A DNA stretch of 59,594 nucleotides, from contig JAHFKW010000001.1 in NCBI GenBank assembly GCA_023245145.1, positions 75,823-135,416 of the forward strand, in the 5' to 3' direction. The notes below the pieces were generated by a model. The model ran no database searches and had not been told where the DNA came from. It was given only the letters and a program-made list of their open reading frames with translations. Shown here piece by piece: positions 1 to 7,490 of the stretch. The stretch comes from Candidatus Staskawiczbacteria bacterium (GTDB taxonomy: Bacteria > Patescibacteriota > Minisyncoccia > Minisyncoccales > Staskawiczbacteraceae). The translations under genes and the position numbers were made by a program. Numbering within the stretch: the stretch's first letter is position 1; every line of letters begins with the position of its first letter.

Positions 1-751
1 AAAACTTTTCGCCACCAAATTCAACCAAAGAATATTCCAATTTTTCATCCACCGCCACGGCAATGTTGGCTGGCAGAGTCCAAGGCGTGGTGGTCCATAC
101 CAATAAAAATTCGCCCTTGCGCCCTACTATCGGCAACTTAGCATACACCGAATCGTGCACAATTTCTTTGTATTCTTCGGTTAAAATTTCGTGTTGGCTA
201 ATGGCCGTACCACATCTTGGGCACCATGGCACACTGTCATGCCCTTTGTATAAATATCCTTTCTCCCAGCATTTCTTCAAAAAGTGCCAAATGGCGTAAT
301 TATTTTCATCGGACATCGTAAAATAGGAATTTTCCCAATCCATCCATTGACCGAGGCGCACCGATTGAGCCGTTTGAATCGCCGAATACTTCCTCACTCG
401 CTCTTTACATTTTTCAATAAATTTATCAATTCCATATGTCTCAATATCTTTTTTATTCCTAAATCCTAGTTCTTTTTCCACTTCCACTTCCACGTGAAGT
501 CCCTGACAGTCAAAACCATTTTGATAGCGCTCATCAAACCCCTGCATCGCAAAATAGCGCTGTAGTAAATCTTTATACGTTCTGCCCCAAGCGTGGTGCA
601 CGCCCATGGGATTGTTAGCAGTAATCGGGCCATCCAAAAAACTCCACCGCTTTTTACTTTTGGCGTTTTTATCGCGCAGTTTTTGGAATATTTTTTTCTC
701 CTCCCAAAATTTCAGTATTTTATTTTCTGTCTCTGCAAAATTATATGGCAT
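1..751 (-). CDS. ileS: Isoleucyl-tRNA synthetase (IleRS type 2), 5' part, runs off the window
   Basis: Manual translation from ATG 751: MPYNFAETENKILKFWEEKKIFQKLR...WSFLDGPITANNPMGVHHAWGRTYKD...GFDCQGLHVEVEVEK; later VWTTTPWTLPANIA. Missing from the ORF track because it is truncated. Confidence 0.95.
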   Translation of the reverse strand, partial: MPYNFAETENKILKFWEEKKIFQKLRDKNAKSKKRWSFLDGPITANNPMGVHHAWGRTYKDLLQRYFAMQGFDERYQNGFDCQGLHVEVEVEKELGFRNKKDIETYGIDKFIEKCKERVRKYSAIQTAQSVRLGQWMDWENSYFTMSDENNYAIWHFLKKCWEKGYLYKGHDSVPWCPRCGTAISQHEILTEEYKEIVHDSVYAKLPIVGRKGEFLLVWTTTPWTLPANIAVAVDEKLEYSLVEFGGEKF

Positions 752-755
752 AGAT

Positions 756-1742
756 TTACAGCAAAAGATTCGTTACTATTTTTACTATTTTATCCTTTTC
801 TTGCCTGTCGCTTATGGCAATTAAGAGTGCCAATGCTACCAAGGCATTATCATTAACTTTCTTTTCTCCGTTTTCTCTATATAAATAGTTATTTTTATCC
901 AAGAAGTAAACAAATAAAAACGAAGCCATTCTTTTATTACCATCCACAAACGGATGATCCTTAATAATAAAATACAGCAAATGCGCCGCCTTTTCTTCTA
1001 TTGAACCATACAATTCCTTTTTATCAAAAGTTTGATAAATACTTCCCATTAAACCTTTTAACTTTTCCCCATTTTCTGTACCAAAAAATTCACTAGCCTC
1101 TTTTTTGGCGGTTAATTCACTTTTAATTTCACTAATAATTTCACGCACTTTTTCATAGCCCAAAATAAACTTCCCCTTACCATTTTTAACCAAAGTAACT
1201 TTCTCTTTGTCGTACTGTTCAAGCAAAGTTAACGTTTTTGAATAATCGGCCAGTAAATTCAAAATTTCTTGCTCTTGCCCTGCCAGTAATTCATGCCCGG
1301 ATTTATTGCGCAAAAAATCAACCGCTATTTGTAGCTCCTTGAATCTATTTTGCGTCTCACTTAATCTTTTTTCATTAATAATGTACCCTTTTACCAAATA
1401 GTCTTTGAGCGTTTTGGTAGCCCACACTCTAAACTGAGTAGCACGCTTTGAATTGACCCTATATCCCACAGAAATTACTGCATCTAAACTGTAAAACTTC
1501 ACTGGTTTATCCGAATTTGCAATGTTCCATTTTGGAACATTGCTTTTTTCGTCTAATTCGCCTGATTTAAAGATATTATTTAAGTGCTTAGTTATTGCCG
1601 GAATTTTTGTCCCAAATAAAACAGCCATCTGTTTTTGGGTCAACCAAACAGTATCTTGATCCAAACTTACATCAATATTTATTTTCTTGTCAGCACTTTG
1701 GTAAATCAGTATTTCCCCTTTTTTAATTTCTTCTTTTTTCAT
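756..1742 (-). CDS. RhuM-family / Fic-Doc domain fusion protein
   Basis: N-terminal RhuM-like motifs (TVWLTQKQMA, YSLDAVISVGYRVNSKRATQFRVWA); C-terminal Fic motif HPFVDGNKRMA. Confidence 0.9.
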   Translation of the reverse strand: MKKEEIKKGEILIYQSADKKINIDVSLDQDTVWLTQKQMAVLFGTKIPAITKHLNNIFKSGELDEKSNVPKWNIANSDKPVKFYSLDAVISVGYRVNSKRATQFRVWATKTLKDYLVKGYIINEKRLSETQNRFKELQIAVDFLRNKSGHELLAGQEQEILNLLADYSKTLTLLEQYDKEKVTLVKNGKGKFILGYEKVREIISEIKSELTAKKEASEFFGTENGEKLKGLMGSIYQTFDKKELYGSIEEKAAHLLYFIIKDHPFVDGNKRMASFLFVYFLDKNNYLYRENGEKKVNDNALVALALLIAISDRQEKDKIVKIVTNLLL

Positions 1743-1757
1743 ATTAGTATCGATACC

Positions 1758-3380
1758 TCACATTTTCTCTGGCGCTTCAATACCCAACAGCCAGAGTCCA
1801 TTTTTCATAATTATACTAAATGCCTGGGTCAGCGCCACGCGATACGGTGAATCAGCAATAGTATGATGTGCATAGTAATTATTAAACTCTCGCGCCAGTT
1901 CGGTCAAATATAATACGATATAATGAGGCTCATATTCATCCGTAGCCTTGGCAACTATCTTTGGAAAATGGGTTAATAATTTTTCCAATGAACCAATTTC
2001 TGGCGCACCAGCAAGCAATGGCTTCACAGTTGCTTTGCGTAACACCGACGTTGCCCTGGCATATGAATACTGCAAATACGGCCCGGAATCCCCCTCAAAC
2101 GAAATAGATTTTTCAAAATCATAAATAATGTCAGAACCAATAGACTGCTTTAAAATGGAATATTTTATGGCACCAATGGCAATTTGTTCATCCACGTTTT
2201 TGTCCAGCGCGCGGTCTTTGGTTTTTTCCACTACCAACTCTTTCACTTTTTCAATCAAGGATTCGGCTGTCATGGCCGTGCCACTTCTGGAAGACATTTT
2301 TCCTTCTGGTAAACGCATATTACCATGCCCAATGTGTTTTGTTTTTGCTTCCAGTTCCGGAAGCATTTCTTTCATGGCACACAGCAACACTTTAAAATAC
2401 TCATTAATATCATTGCCAGTGATAATGACCGACTTGTCGTACTTATATTTTCCATACTTAATTTTCGCCAGTCCCAATTCTTTGGCTTCGTATGTCGGTA
2501 ATCCTTCTGAATTAATAAACACGCGTGTATGAAGTCCAAACTTTTCACCCTTAAAAATAATCGCCCCGTTTTCACCTGTTTGGAAGACACCATTTTTTAA
2601 TCCTTCTTGAACTATTTTTTTTGCCAAATCAACCGCCTCACTTTCAAAAATTAAATAATCAAAATGGGTACCCAGTTTTTTATAGATGGCATCAAAATAT
2701 TTTAAACTCCATTTTTTCCCTTCGTCATACAGCTTATTAACCGCCTTGTCAGACCTTTCAAAAATCTTTTTATTGAGCATTACGATTTCTTTCTTGTTGG
2801 CCTCACTTTCTTCGTAAGATTTTGTACCAAACACATACGCGTCCTGCCAGGAATACAAAGAATTTCTCATTTTGCCATACACCGCTTTGGCAATACCAAG
2901 ACCAACGTCGCTTTGCCAAGTGGTTCTTTTTACTTTTGCACCGCCAAATTCAATTAAACGGCTAATTGATTCCCCAATCGCATTGCTCATCAAATGCCCA
3001 ATGTGGAATTCTTTTAAAATATTGGGGTCGGTGTACTCAATAATTATTTTTTTGTTTTTTAAACTGACATTCTTACCAAAGTTTTTATTTATCTTTTTTA
3101 ACTCACCCACAAAAAATTCTCGCGACAAATAAAAATTAATGAAGCCGGGGCCAGCCACTTCTATCTTTTCTATATTTTTTTGCTCTCCGATTTTAGCCAC
3201 AATTTCTTGGGCAACCTCAATCGGATTTTTTCCCAACTTTTTTGAAAGCGCCAAAGCCACATTGGAAGAATAATCTCCGTGCGTTTTTTCTTTAGGCACC
3301 TCAACCAAAGCCTCGGAAGCCTCAGCTCCCATTTTTTCCAGCGCCTTTTGAATTATTTTTTTAACCTCCTCTTTGACCAT
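1758..3380 (-). CDS. argS: Arginyl-tRNA synthetase
   Basis: HGDYSSN, GPGFINF, EFHIGH, KMSSRSG, FEGDSGPYLQYSYAR, GIEAPEKM. Confidence 0.97.
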   Translation of the reverse strand: MVKEEVKKIIQKALEKMGAEASEALVEVPKEKTHGDYSSNVALALSKKLGKNPIEVAQEIVAKIGEQKNIEKIEVAGPGFINFYLSREFFVGELKKINKNFGKNVSLKNKKIIIEYTDPNILKEFHIGHLMSNAIGESISRLIEFGGAKVKRTTWQSDVGLGIAKAVYGKMRNSLYSWQDAYVFGTKSYEESEANKKEIVMLNKKIFERSDKAVNKLYDEGKKWSLKYFDAIYKKLGTHFDYLIFESEAVDLAKKIVQEGLKNGVFQTGENGAIIFKGEKFGLHTRVFINSEGLPTYEAKELGLAKIKYGKYKYDKSVIITGNDINEYFKVLLCAMKEMLPELEAKTKHIGHGNMRLPEGKMSSRSGTAMTAESLIEKVKELVVEKTKDRALDKNVDEQIAIGAIKYSILKQSIGSDIIYDFEKSISFEGDSGPYLQYSYARATSVLRKATVKPLLAGAPEIGSLEKLLTHFPKIVAKATDEYEPHYIVLYLTELAREFNNYYAHHTIADSPYRVALTQAFSIIMKNGLWLLGIEAPEKM

Positions 3381-3428
3381 ATTTAAATAATTCTAGCCTA
3401 TTTTCCCCAAAATTTAAAGGTTTTATGC

Positions 3429-3469
3429 AAAAAAAAGAGCCCAGCGAAAACATGTGTTTCGCTGGGGCT
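3429..3469 (-). terminator. Intrinsic terminator of the 3482-3742 orphan gene
   Basis: Stem cccagcgaaa/tttcgctggg followed by an 8-U tract on the minus strand. Confidence 0.8.
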
Positions 3470-3481
3470 GGAGATTGGCGC

Positions 3482-3742
3482 CTAGTGCGTAATGGTATTG
3501 GGCGGGTATCGAGAACTTCTTGGCGGTTCTGCCTTGCGTGGTTCAAGAAGTTTGGCAAAGGTTTTGACGTGGTGAAAGGTAGTGAAATACAAATCCCTAT
3601 CTCTCCATTTCATGTAGCCTTCGGCCTCCAGGTGCTCGATTGCCTTGATTCGACTCTCGAACTCGGTTGACCAAGGATCAACTGGGTAGTCCTCAAGATC
3701 CAATACTGAATCCTGATGCCAGTAAATCACGATAATAGCCAT
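3482..3742 (-). CDS. Hypothetical protein (solo cassette 1)
   Basis: 86-aa ORF; GAGGA 7 nt upstream of the ATG; own promoter-like sequence and terminator. Confidence 0.65.
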   Translation of the reverse strand: MAIIVIYWHQDSVLDLEDYPVDPWSTEFESRIKAIEHLEAEGYMKWRDRDLYFTTFHHVKTFAKLLEPRKAEPPRSSRYPPNTITH

Positions 3743-3749
3743 GATGAAA

Positions 3750-3808
3750 TCCTCGAAAGAACAAAATTGTCACAAGTTTTGATTATCATATCAAGATTGC
3801 AATGTCAA
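3750..3808 (-). promoter_or_regulatory. Promoter-like sequence, boxA-like TGTTCTTT and SD of cassette 1
   Basis: Minus strand: TTGACA (3803-3808), TATGATAAT (3782-3790), TGTTCTTT (3756-3763), GAGGA (3750-3754). The -35/-10 spacing is non-canonical. Confidence 0.55.
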
Positions 3809-3831
3809 TGATTTCGCGGTACTATTCATCA

Positions 3832-3924
3832 ATGCAAATCTATTCTGAAAACCCTCCTTCGCTAAAGCTTCGGCAGGGCACAGCAAAAAAGTCACAACAT
3901 GACACAAATTTACTCAGAAAATAA
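3832..3924 (+). pseudogene. Duplicated, repeat-interrupted 5' end of smpB (MQIYSEN...)
   Basis: ATG 3832 encodes MQIYSEN, matching SmpB MTQIYSEN at 3899; it continues through a palindromic repeat and stops out of frame at 3924. Confidence 0.6.
3852..3880. repeat. Short GC-rich palindromic repeat (ccttcgctaaagcttcggcaggg family)
   Basis: Similar copies at 16684-16713 and, reversed, at 45862-45888. Confidence 0.75.
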
Positions 3925-4363
3925 GAAGGCATTGTATGACTATGAAATCCTGGAAAAGTACGAAGCCGGGCTGGTTTTGATTGGGCAAGAAGTAAAGTCT
4001 ATAAGGGGCGGGAAAATGCAGTTGGCAGGAAGTTATGTAATAATTGGCGCCGGGCACAATGCTGCGCCCGGCAGCTCACAGCTTGTGGGCGCAAAAATCC
4101 CGGCCTATCAGCCCTTAAACGCTCCGCAGGGCTATAATCCCGAAAAAATACGTAAGCTCTTGTTAAGCAAAAAAGAGCTGAATTATTTGGCCGGAAAAGT
4201 AAATGAACGCGGATTTTCCTTAATCCCCTTGAAAGTTTATGATAATAATGGTAGGATTAAACTCGAATTTGGACTGGCCAAAGGAAAGAAGGCTTTCAAC
4301 AAAAAAGAGAAGATAAAAAAGCGAGATGTTGAGCGTGATATCCAAAGGCAACTAAGTTCTTAA
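3899..4363 (+). CDS. smpB: SsrA-binding protein
   Basis: ENKKALYDYEILEKYEAGLVLIGQEVKSIR, RKLLL, LAKGKK; directly upstream of tmRNA. Confidence 0.97.
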   Translation: MTQIYSENKKALYDYEILEKYEAGLVLIGQEVKSIRGGKMQLAGSYVIIGAGHNAAPGSSQLVGAKIPAYQPLNAPQGYNPEKIRKLLLSKKELNYLAGKVNERGFSLIPLKVYDNNGRIKLEFGLAKGKKAFNKKEKIKKRDVERDIQRQLSS

Positions 4364-4729
4364 GGGAGTGATTGTTTCGACAAGCATTCAGCTTAAAATA
4401 AGCAAATCCAGTATTCTGGAACCTGGTAAAACTTCTAGAAAACCATAATTGCAAAAAATGTATTCGCCAACTTGTTTGGCAGTCAGCAACCAGCTTTAGC
4501 TTACGCTTAGCCGGCATCATTACTATCAACTCCTGATAGGTAGATAATGGTGTTATATTATCAGGATAGATTATGTTGTTCCCTTCAATATAATTAAAAC
4601 CTAAAGGGATTAAGATGTTGCTCTTTTGCCTGGCTTTTAAGGCAACATTCTAAAAATAAAACAGGATATATTTGTAGAATTATTTTAGGAACGTGTTTGG
4701 ACGCGATTTCAATATCGCCACTTCCACCA
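4364..4729 (+). ncRNA. ssrA: tmRNA
   Basis: 5' GGGAGTG pairs with 3' CACTTCC-A-CCA with a G3:U pair; T-arm gcgat-ttcaat-atcgc; tag frame 4451-4510 reads AKNVFANLFGSQQPALAYA-stop. Confidence 0.93.
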
Positions 4730-4734
4730 TATTA

Positions 4735-4809
4735 AAGTTATCAAGTTTCAAGTTATCAAGTTTCAAGTCCGAACTTTATAACTTTATAACTTTATAACTT
4801 TTAACTTCG
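4735..4809. repeat. Composite 7/8-mer tandem-repeat hairpin upstream of infC
   Basis: (aagttatc aagtttc)x2 followed by (aactttat)n, ending aacttcg; near-identical copy at 5509-5582. Confidence 0.85.
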
Positions 4810-5319
4810 ATCGATAAAGTTTTAATCAACAATTTCATCAAGGCTCGCGAGGTGCGGGTAATCAGCGAAACCGGAGAACAGCTTGGCGTCATGAATATTT
4901 TTACCGCCATTGATTTGGCCAAATCCAAGAGTTTGGATTTAATTCAGGTGACAGAAAAAGTCCAGCCACCGGTCTGTAAAATTGGAAATTACGGCAAGTA
5001 TTTATACTCTGTCCAAAAGAAAGAACGAAAGATTAAAGCGGGCACTAAGGAATCCAAATTAAAAGAAATTCAGCTGACATTTAACATTTCCTCCCACGAT
5101 ATCGCGACGCGCGCCAATCAAGCGGAAAAATTTTTGAAAGAGGGAGATAAAATAAAAGTGAATTTATTCTTGAAAGGAAGAGAGAAAGCGATGGCGGAAT
5201 TTGGAAAAAAGAAAGTGGAAATATTTTTAGAGGAAATTAATAAATTAGTACCGGTAAAAGTGGAGCGAGAATTAAAAAAAGAAATGAAAGGTTTTTCATT
5301 AATCATTTCAAAACAATAG
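4810..5319 (+). CDS. infC: Translation initiation factor IF-3, probable non-canonical ATC start
   Basis: Frame stays open upstream of the ORF-track GTG (4852) as IDKVLINNFIKAREVRVI; in-frame stop at 4795. LDLIQV..PPVCKI and GDKIKV..KGRE motifs. Confidence 0.92.
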   Translation: MDKVLINNFIKAREVRVISETGEQLGVMNIFTAIDLAKSKSLDLIQVTEKVQPPVCKIGNYGKYLYSVQKKERKIKAGTKESKLKEIQLTFNISSHDIATRANQAEKFLKEGDKIKVNLFLKGREKAMAEFGKKKVEIFLEEINKLVPVKVERELKKEMKGFSLIISKQ

Positions 5320-5321
5320 CC

Positions 5322-5510
5322 ATGAACAAAACAAAAAAAGCCTTAACCAAACGATTTAAAATTACCAGCACAGGTAAAATCCTGAGGCGAGCTTCGGGTC
5401 AAAACCATTATCGCGCCAAAAAAACCGGCGAAGCTCGAAGAAAGGGCAGAAAGTGGCTGGCTATTTCCAAGTCAGAAACCAAAAGAATTAAAAGATACCT
5501 ACAGGTGTAG
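5322..5510 (+). CDS. rpmI: 50S ribosomal protein L35
   Basis: KTKKALTKRFKITSTGKILR; infC-rpmI-rplT synteny. Confidence 0.93.
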   Translation: MNKTKKALTKRFKITSTGKILRRASGQNHYRAKKTGEARRKGRKWLAISKSETKRIKRYLQV

Positions 5511-5582
5511 TTATCAAGTTTCAAGTTATCAAGTTTCAAGTTTAAACTTTATAACTTTCAACTTTATAACTTTATAACTTCG
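5509..5582. repeat. Second copy of the composite repeat hairpin, upstream of rplT
   Basis: agttatcaagtttcaagttatcaagtttcaagt...aactttataactttcaactttataactttataacttcg. Confidence 0.85.
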
Positions 5583-5584
5583 TT

Positions 5585-5938
5585 ATGACAAGAGTTAAAA
5601 AAGGAGCCTCAGCCCATAAGCACAGAAAACACTTACTCAAACATGCTAAGGGTTTTAAATATGGCCGAAAATCAAAATACAAGTTGGCCAAAGACGCGTT
5701 AAGGCATGCTTGGACATATTCATACCGAGACAGAAAGGTAAAAAAACGAGATTTCCGCCAACTATGGCAATTACAAATTAACGGAGCCGTACGACCAATG
5801 GGAATCAATTACAGCCGATTTATCAACGGATTAAAAAAGAAAGGCATTGAGTTGGATAGAAAAATATTGGCGGAGTTGATTCAAGCCCAGCCCGAAGTAT
5901 TCAAGCAAATTGTGGAGGAGGCAAGAGCAGCGAAATAA
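5585..5938 (+). CDS. rplT: 50S ribosomal protein L20
   Basis: MTRVKKG, YSYRDRKVKKRDFRQLW, YSRFINGLKK, LDRKILAEL. Confidence 0.97.
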   Translation: MTRVKKGASAHKHRKHLLKHAKGFKYGRKSKYKLAKDALRHAWTYSYRDRKVKKRDFRQLWQLQINGAVRPMGINYSRFINGLKKKGIELDRKILAELIQAQPEVFKQIVEEARAAK

Positions 5939-5941
5939 GTA

Positions 5942-5981
5942 GCAACAAAAAATTCGCTCATTTGAGCGAATTTTTTGTTGC
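5942..5981. terminator. Probable bidirectional terminator between rplT and the Nudix gene
   Basis: Perfect 19-bp inverted repeat gcaacaaaaaattcgctca / tgagcgaattttttgttgc. Confidence 0.75.
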
Positions 5982-6413
5982 AAGGAAATCGTGAGCCTCG
6001 GTGAACACTTTCTTCGCATCCTTGGGTAACTTTTTTATTGCATCTTCAAACAAAAACCAACCAAAGCCCTTATGCTCATCTGAAATTTTTACTTCTTCTG
6101 TTTTGGTCTCTGCCAAATACAGAGTCACAATTTTCATCGTCCAGGGCGCTTTTTTCTTTTCTTCCGGCGGCAAATTCCACGTTCGCTTAAACACAAATTT
6201 AGTGTAACCCTTAAAGCCTGGCACAAACTGCAAATCTTTCAGACCGGTCTCCTCTTCAATTTCGCGTCGTGCCACCTCTTGCTCGCTCTCTCCCTCTTCT
6301 GCATGCCCCCGCGCAAACTCCCAATGCCCGCCATGATAATGCAAAAGCAGGTAGTACACCGCCCCATTTTTTAGTTTAAATATAATTGCTCCGGCGGAGC
6401 GTTCCTGTGGCAC
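5958..6413 (-). CDS. Nudix hydrolase (Ap4A hydrolase-like)
   Basis: Nudix box GHAEEGESEQEVARREIEEETG; SAGAIIF and ISDEH motifs. Confidence 0.9.
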   Translation of the reverse strand: MPQERSAGAIIFKLKNGAVYYLLLHYHGGHWEFARGHAEEGESEQEVARREIEEETGLKDLQFVPGFKGYTKFVFKRTWNLPPEEKKKAPWTMKIVTLYLAETKTEEVKISDEHKGFGWFLFEDAIKKLPKDAKKVFTEAHDFLATKNSLK

Positions 6414-6554
6414 CCCAGTAGAAGAATTTTGACCAATTAAATTCCTTAATTCTGGCCAATAATTCTTAATTATTTTATTTATCCATAGACCTTGTTAATT
6501 TTTCGACTCCGCAGGAATTTAATTGAACACCATAGTCAAAATTCTCTACGGGGT
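6412..6554. mobile_element. MITE/REP-like element with nested inverted repeats
   Basis: Terminal IRs accccagtagaagaattttgac / gtcaaaattctctacggggt and inner IRs caattaaattcct (6434-6446) / aggaatttaattg (6513-6525); no clear ORF. Confidence 0.65.
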
Positions 6555-6555
6555 A

Positions 6556-6587
6556 GCCCTGTACAGAGCTTTGCTCTTGTACGGGGC
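6556..6587. repeat. Short palindromic element
   Basis: gccctgtacagagc-ttt-gctcttgtacggggc hairpin abutting the MITE-like element. Confidence 0.7.
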
Positions 6588-6594
6588 ATATTCC

Positions 6595-6876
6595 TTATTT
6601 TTCCAATTTCTCAGCCATAAAATCTCTTAATCTTATTTTTAAAAATCTTCCTCCTTGGGTAGTTTTAAGATACATTTCTCGTCTTTTCGCATCCATCTCA
6701 TTTTTGCAGGCTTCCATGTAAATATACTCAAATGGTGTTCTCGATTTTGTTGAAAGATTCATTTTGGCATTATGCTGTTTTATTCTCTCCGTAGGATTAG
6801 TAGTATATCCTATGTAAAAACCTTTATCTTTTAAACTTTGCAACACATATACATAGCACCAATTCAAAATTTTCAT
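6595..6876 (-). CDS. Small GIY-YIG nuclease
   Basis: YVYVLQS..FYIGYT..RIKQHN..STKSRTP..EA..AKRREMYLK. Confidence 0.92.
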   Translation of the reverse strand: MKILNWCYVYVLQSLKDKGFYIGYTTNPTERIKQHNAKMNLSTKSRTPFEYIYMEACKNEMDAKRREMYLKTTQGGRFLKIRLRDFMAEKLEK

Positions 6877-6900
6877 AACTAAATTTTTTATTATATCACT

Positions 6901-7476
6901 TTAAGACTTATATTTTCTCCTTACTATTAACATAATGGCAAACAAACCGTTTCCAATCGCCCATGCTACTGGCCAAAGAACCGTCAAAATAGTGTATTGT
7001 TCAATGGCGAGCAATACCAGCAAAAACCGTACTGCGTTTGTTGCGTACAAAGACAGTGTTTCAGTATGTGGCTGATTCCATGATTTGCGTACCGTAGGGA
7101 AAAACGCAAGCATATCAGCGGCTACCGCCAGAAAGATAGCCACAATAGGCTGATTGGCAAACAACCAGAAACCAATTGCCGTTAGCGATAAAATTGCCGT
7201 AACCGTGTCTGTAGTAGTGATATCTTTTTTACCTTGCCTAAAGCTCAATACAACAACCCCAAGACAAAGCAATCCGACGGCAGCTGTCATCCATGCAGCA
7301 GGACCCGCGCCACCCTTAATTTGTAGAGCAAGAATTAAAATAGTTAAAAAACCCCAAAGCGACCAACTATAGATATGGGGATGCGTCTTACCTTTTAAAA
7401 TATCTTTATAATAGGGAATATAGGCGACAAATGCCATAACCACAGCAATTGCACCAATAATTTCTTTTACATACAT
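6901..7476 (-). CDS. Multi-pass membrane protein
   Basis: About six hydrophobic segments; PYYKDILKGKTHPH and PTVRKSW..P..ET repeat-like halves. Confidence 0.75.
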   Translation of the reverse strand: MYVKEIIGAIAVVMAFVAYIPYYKDILKGKTHPHIYSWSLWGFLTILILALQIKGGAGPAAWMTAAVGLLCLGVVVLSFRQGKKDITTTDTVTAILSLTAIGFWLFANQPIVAIFLAVAADMLAFFPTVRKSWNQPHTETLSLYATNAVRFLLVLLAIEQYTILTVLWPVAWAIGNGLFAIMLIVRRKYKS

Positions 7477-7490
7477 AAATTCACAAAATA

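Noticed and set aside
63..856. Plus-strand ORFs 63-299, 284-469, 593-856 and 606-824
   Set aside because: Antisense shadows of ileS; the same applies to most short ORF-track entries lying opposite recognised genes.
4735..4809. Tandem repeats as a CRISPR array or iterons
   Set aside because: Units are 7-8 bp with no unique spacers and no adjacent rep or cas gene.
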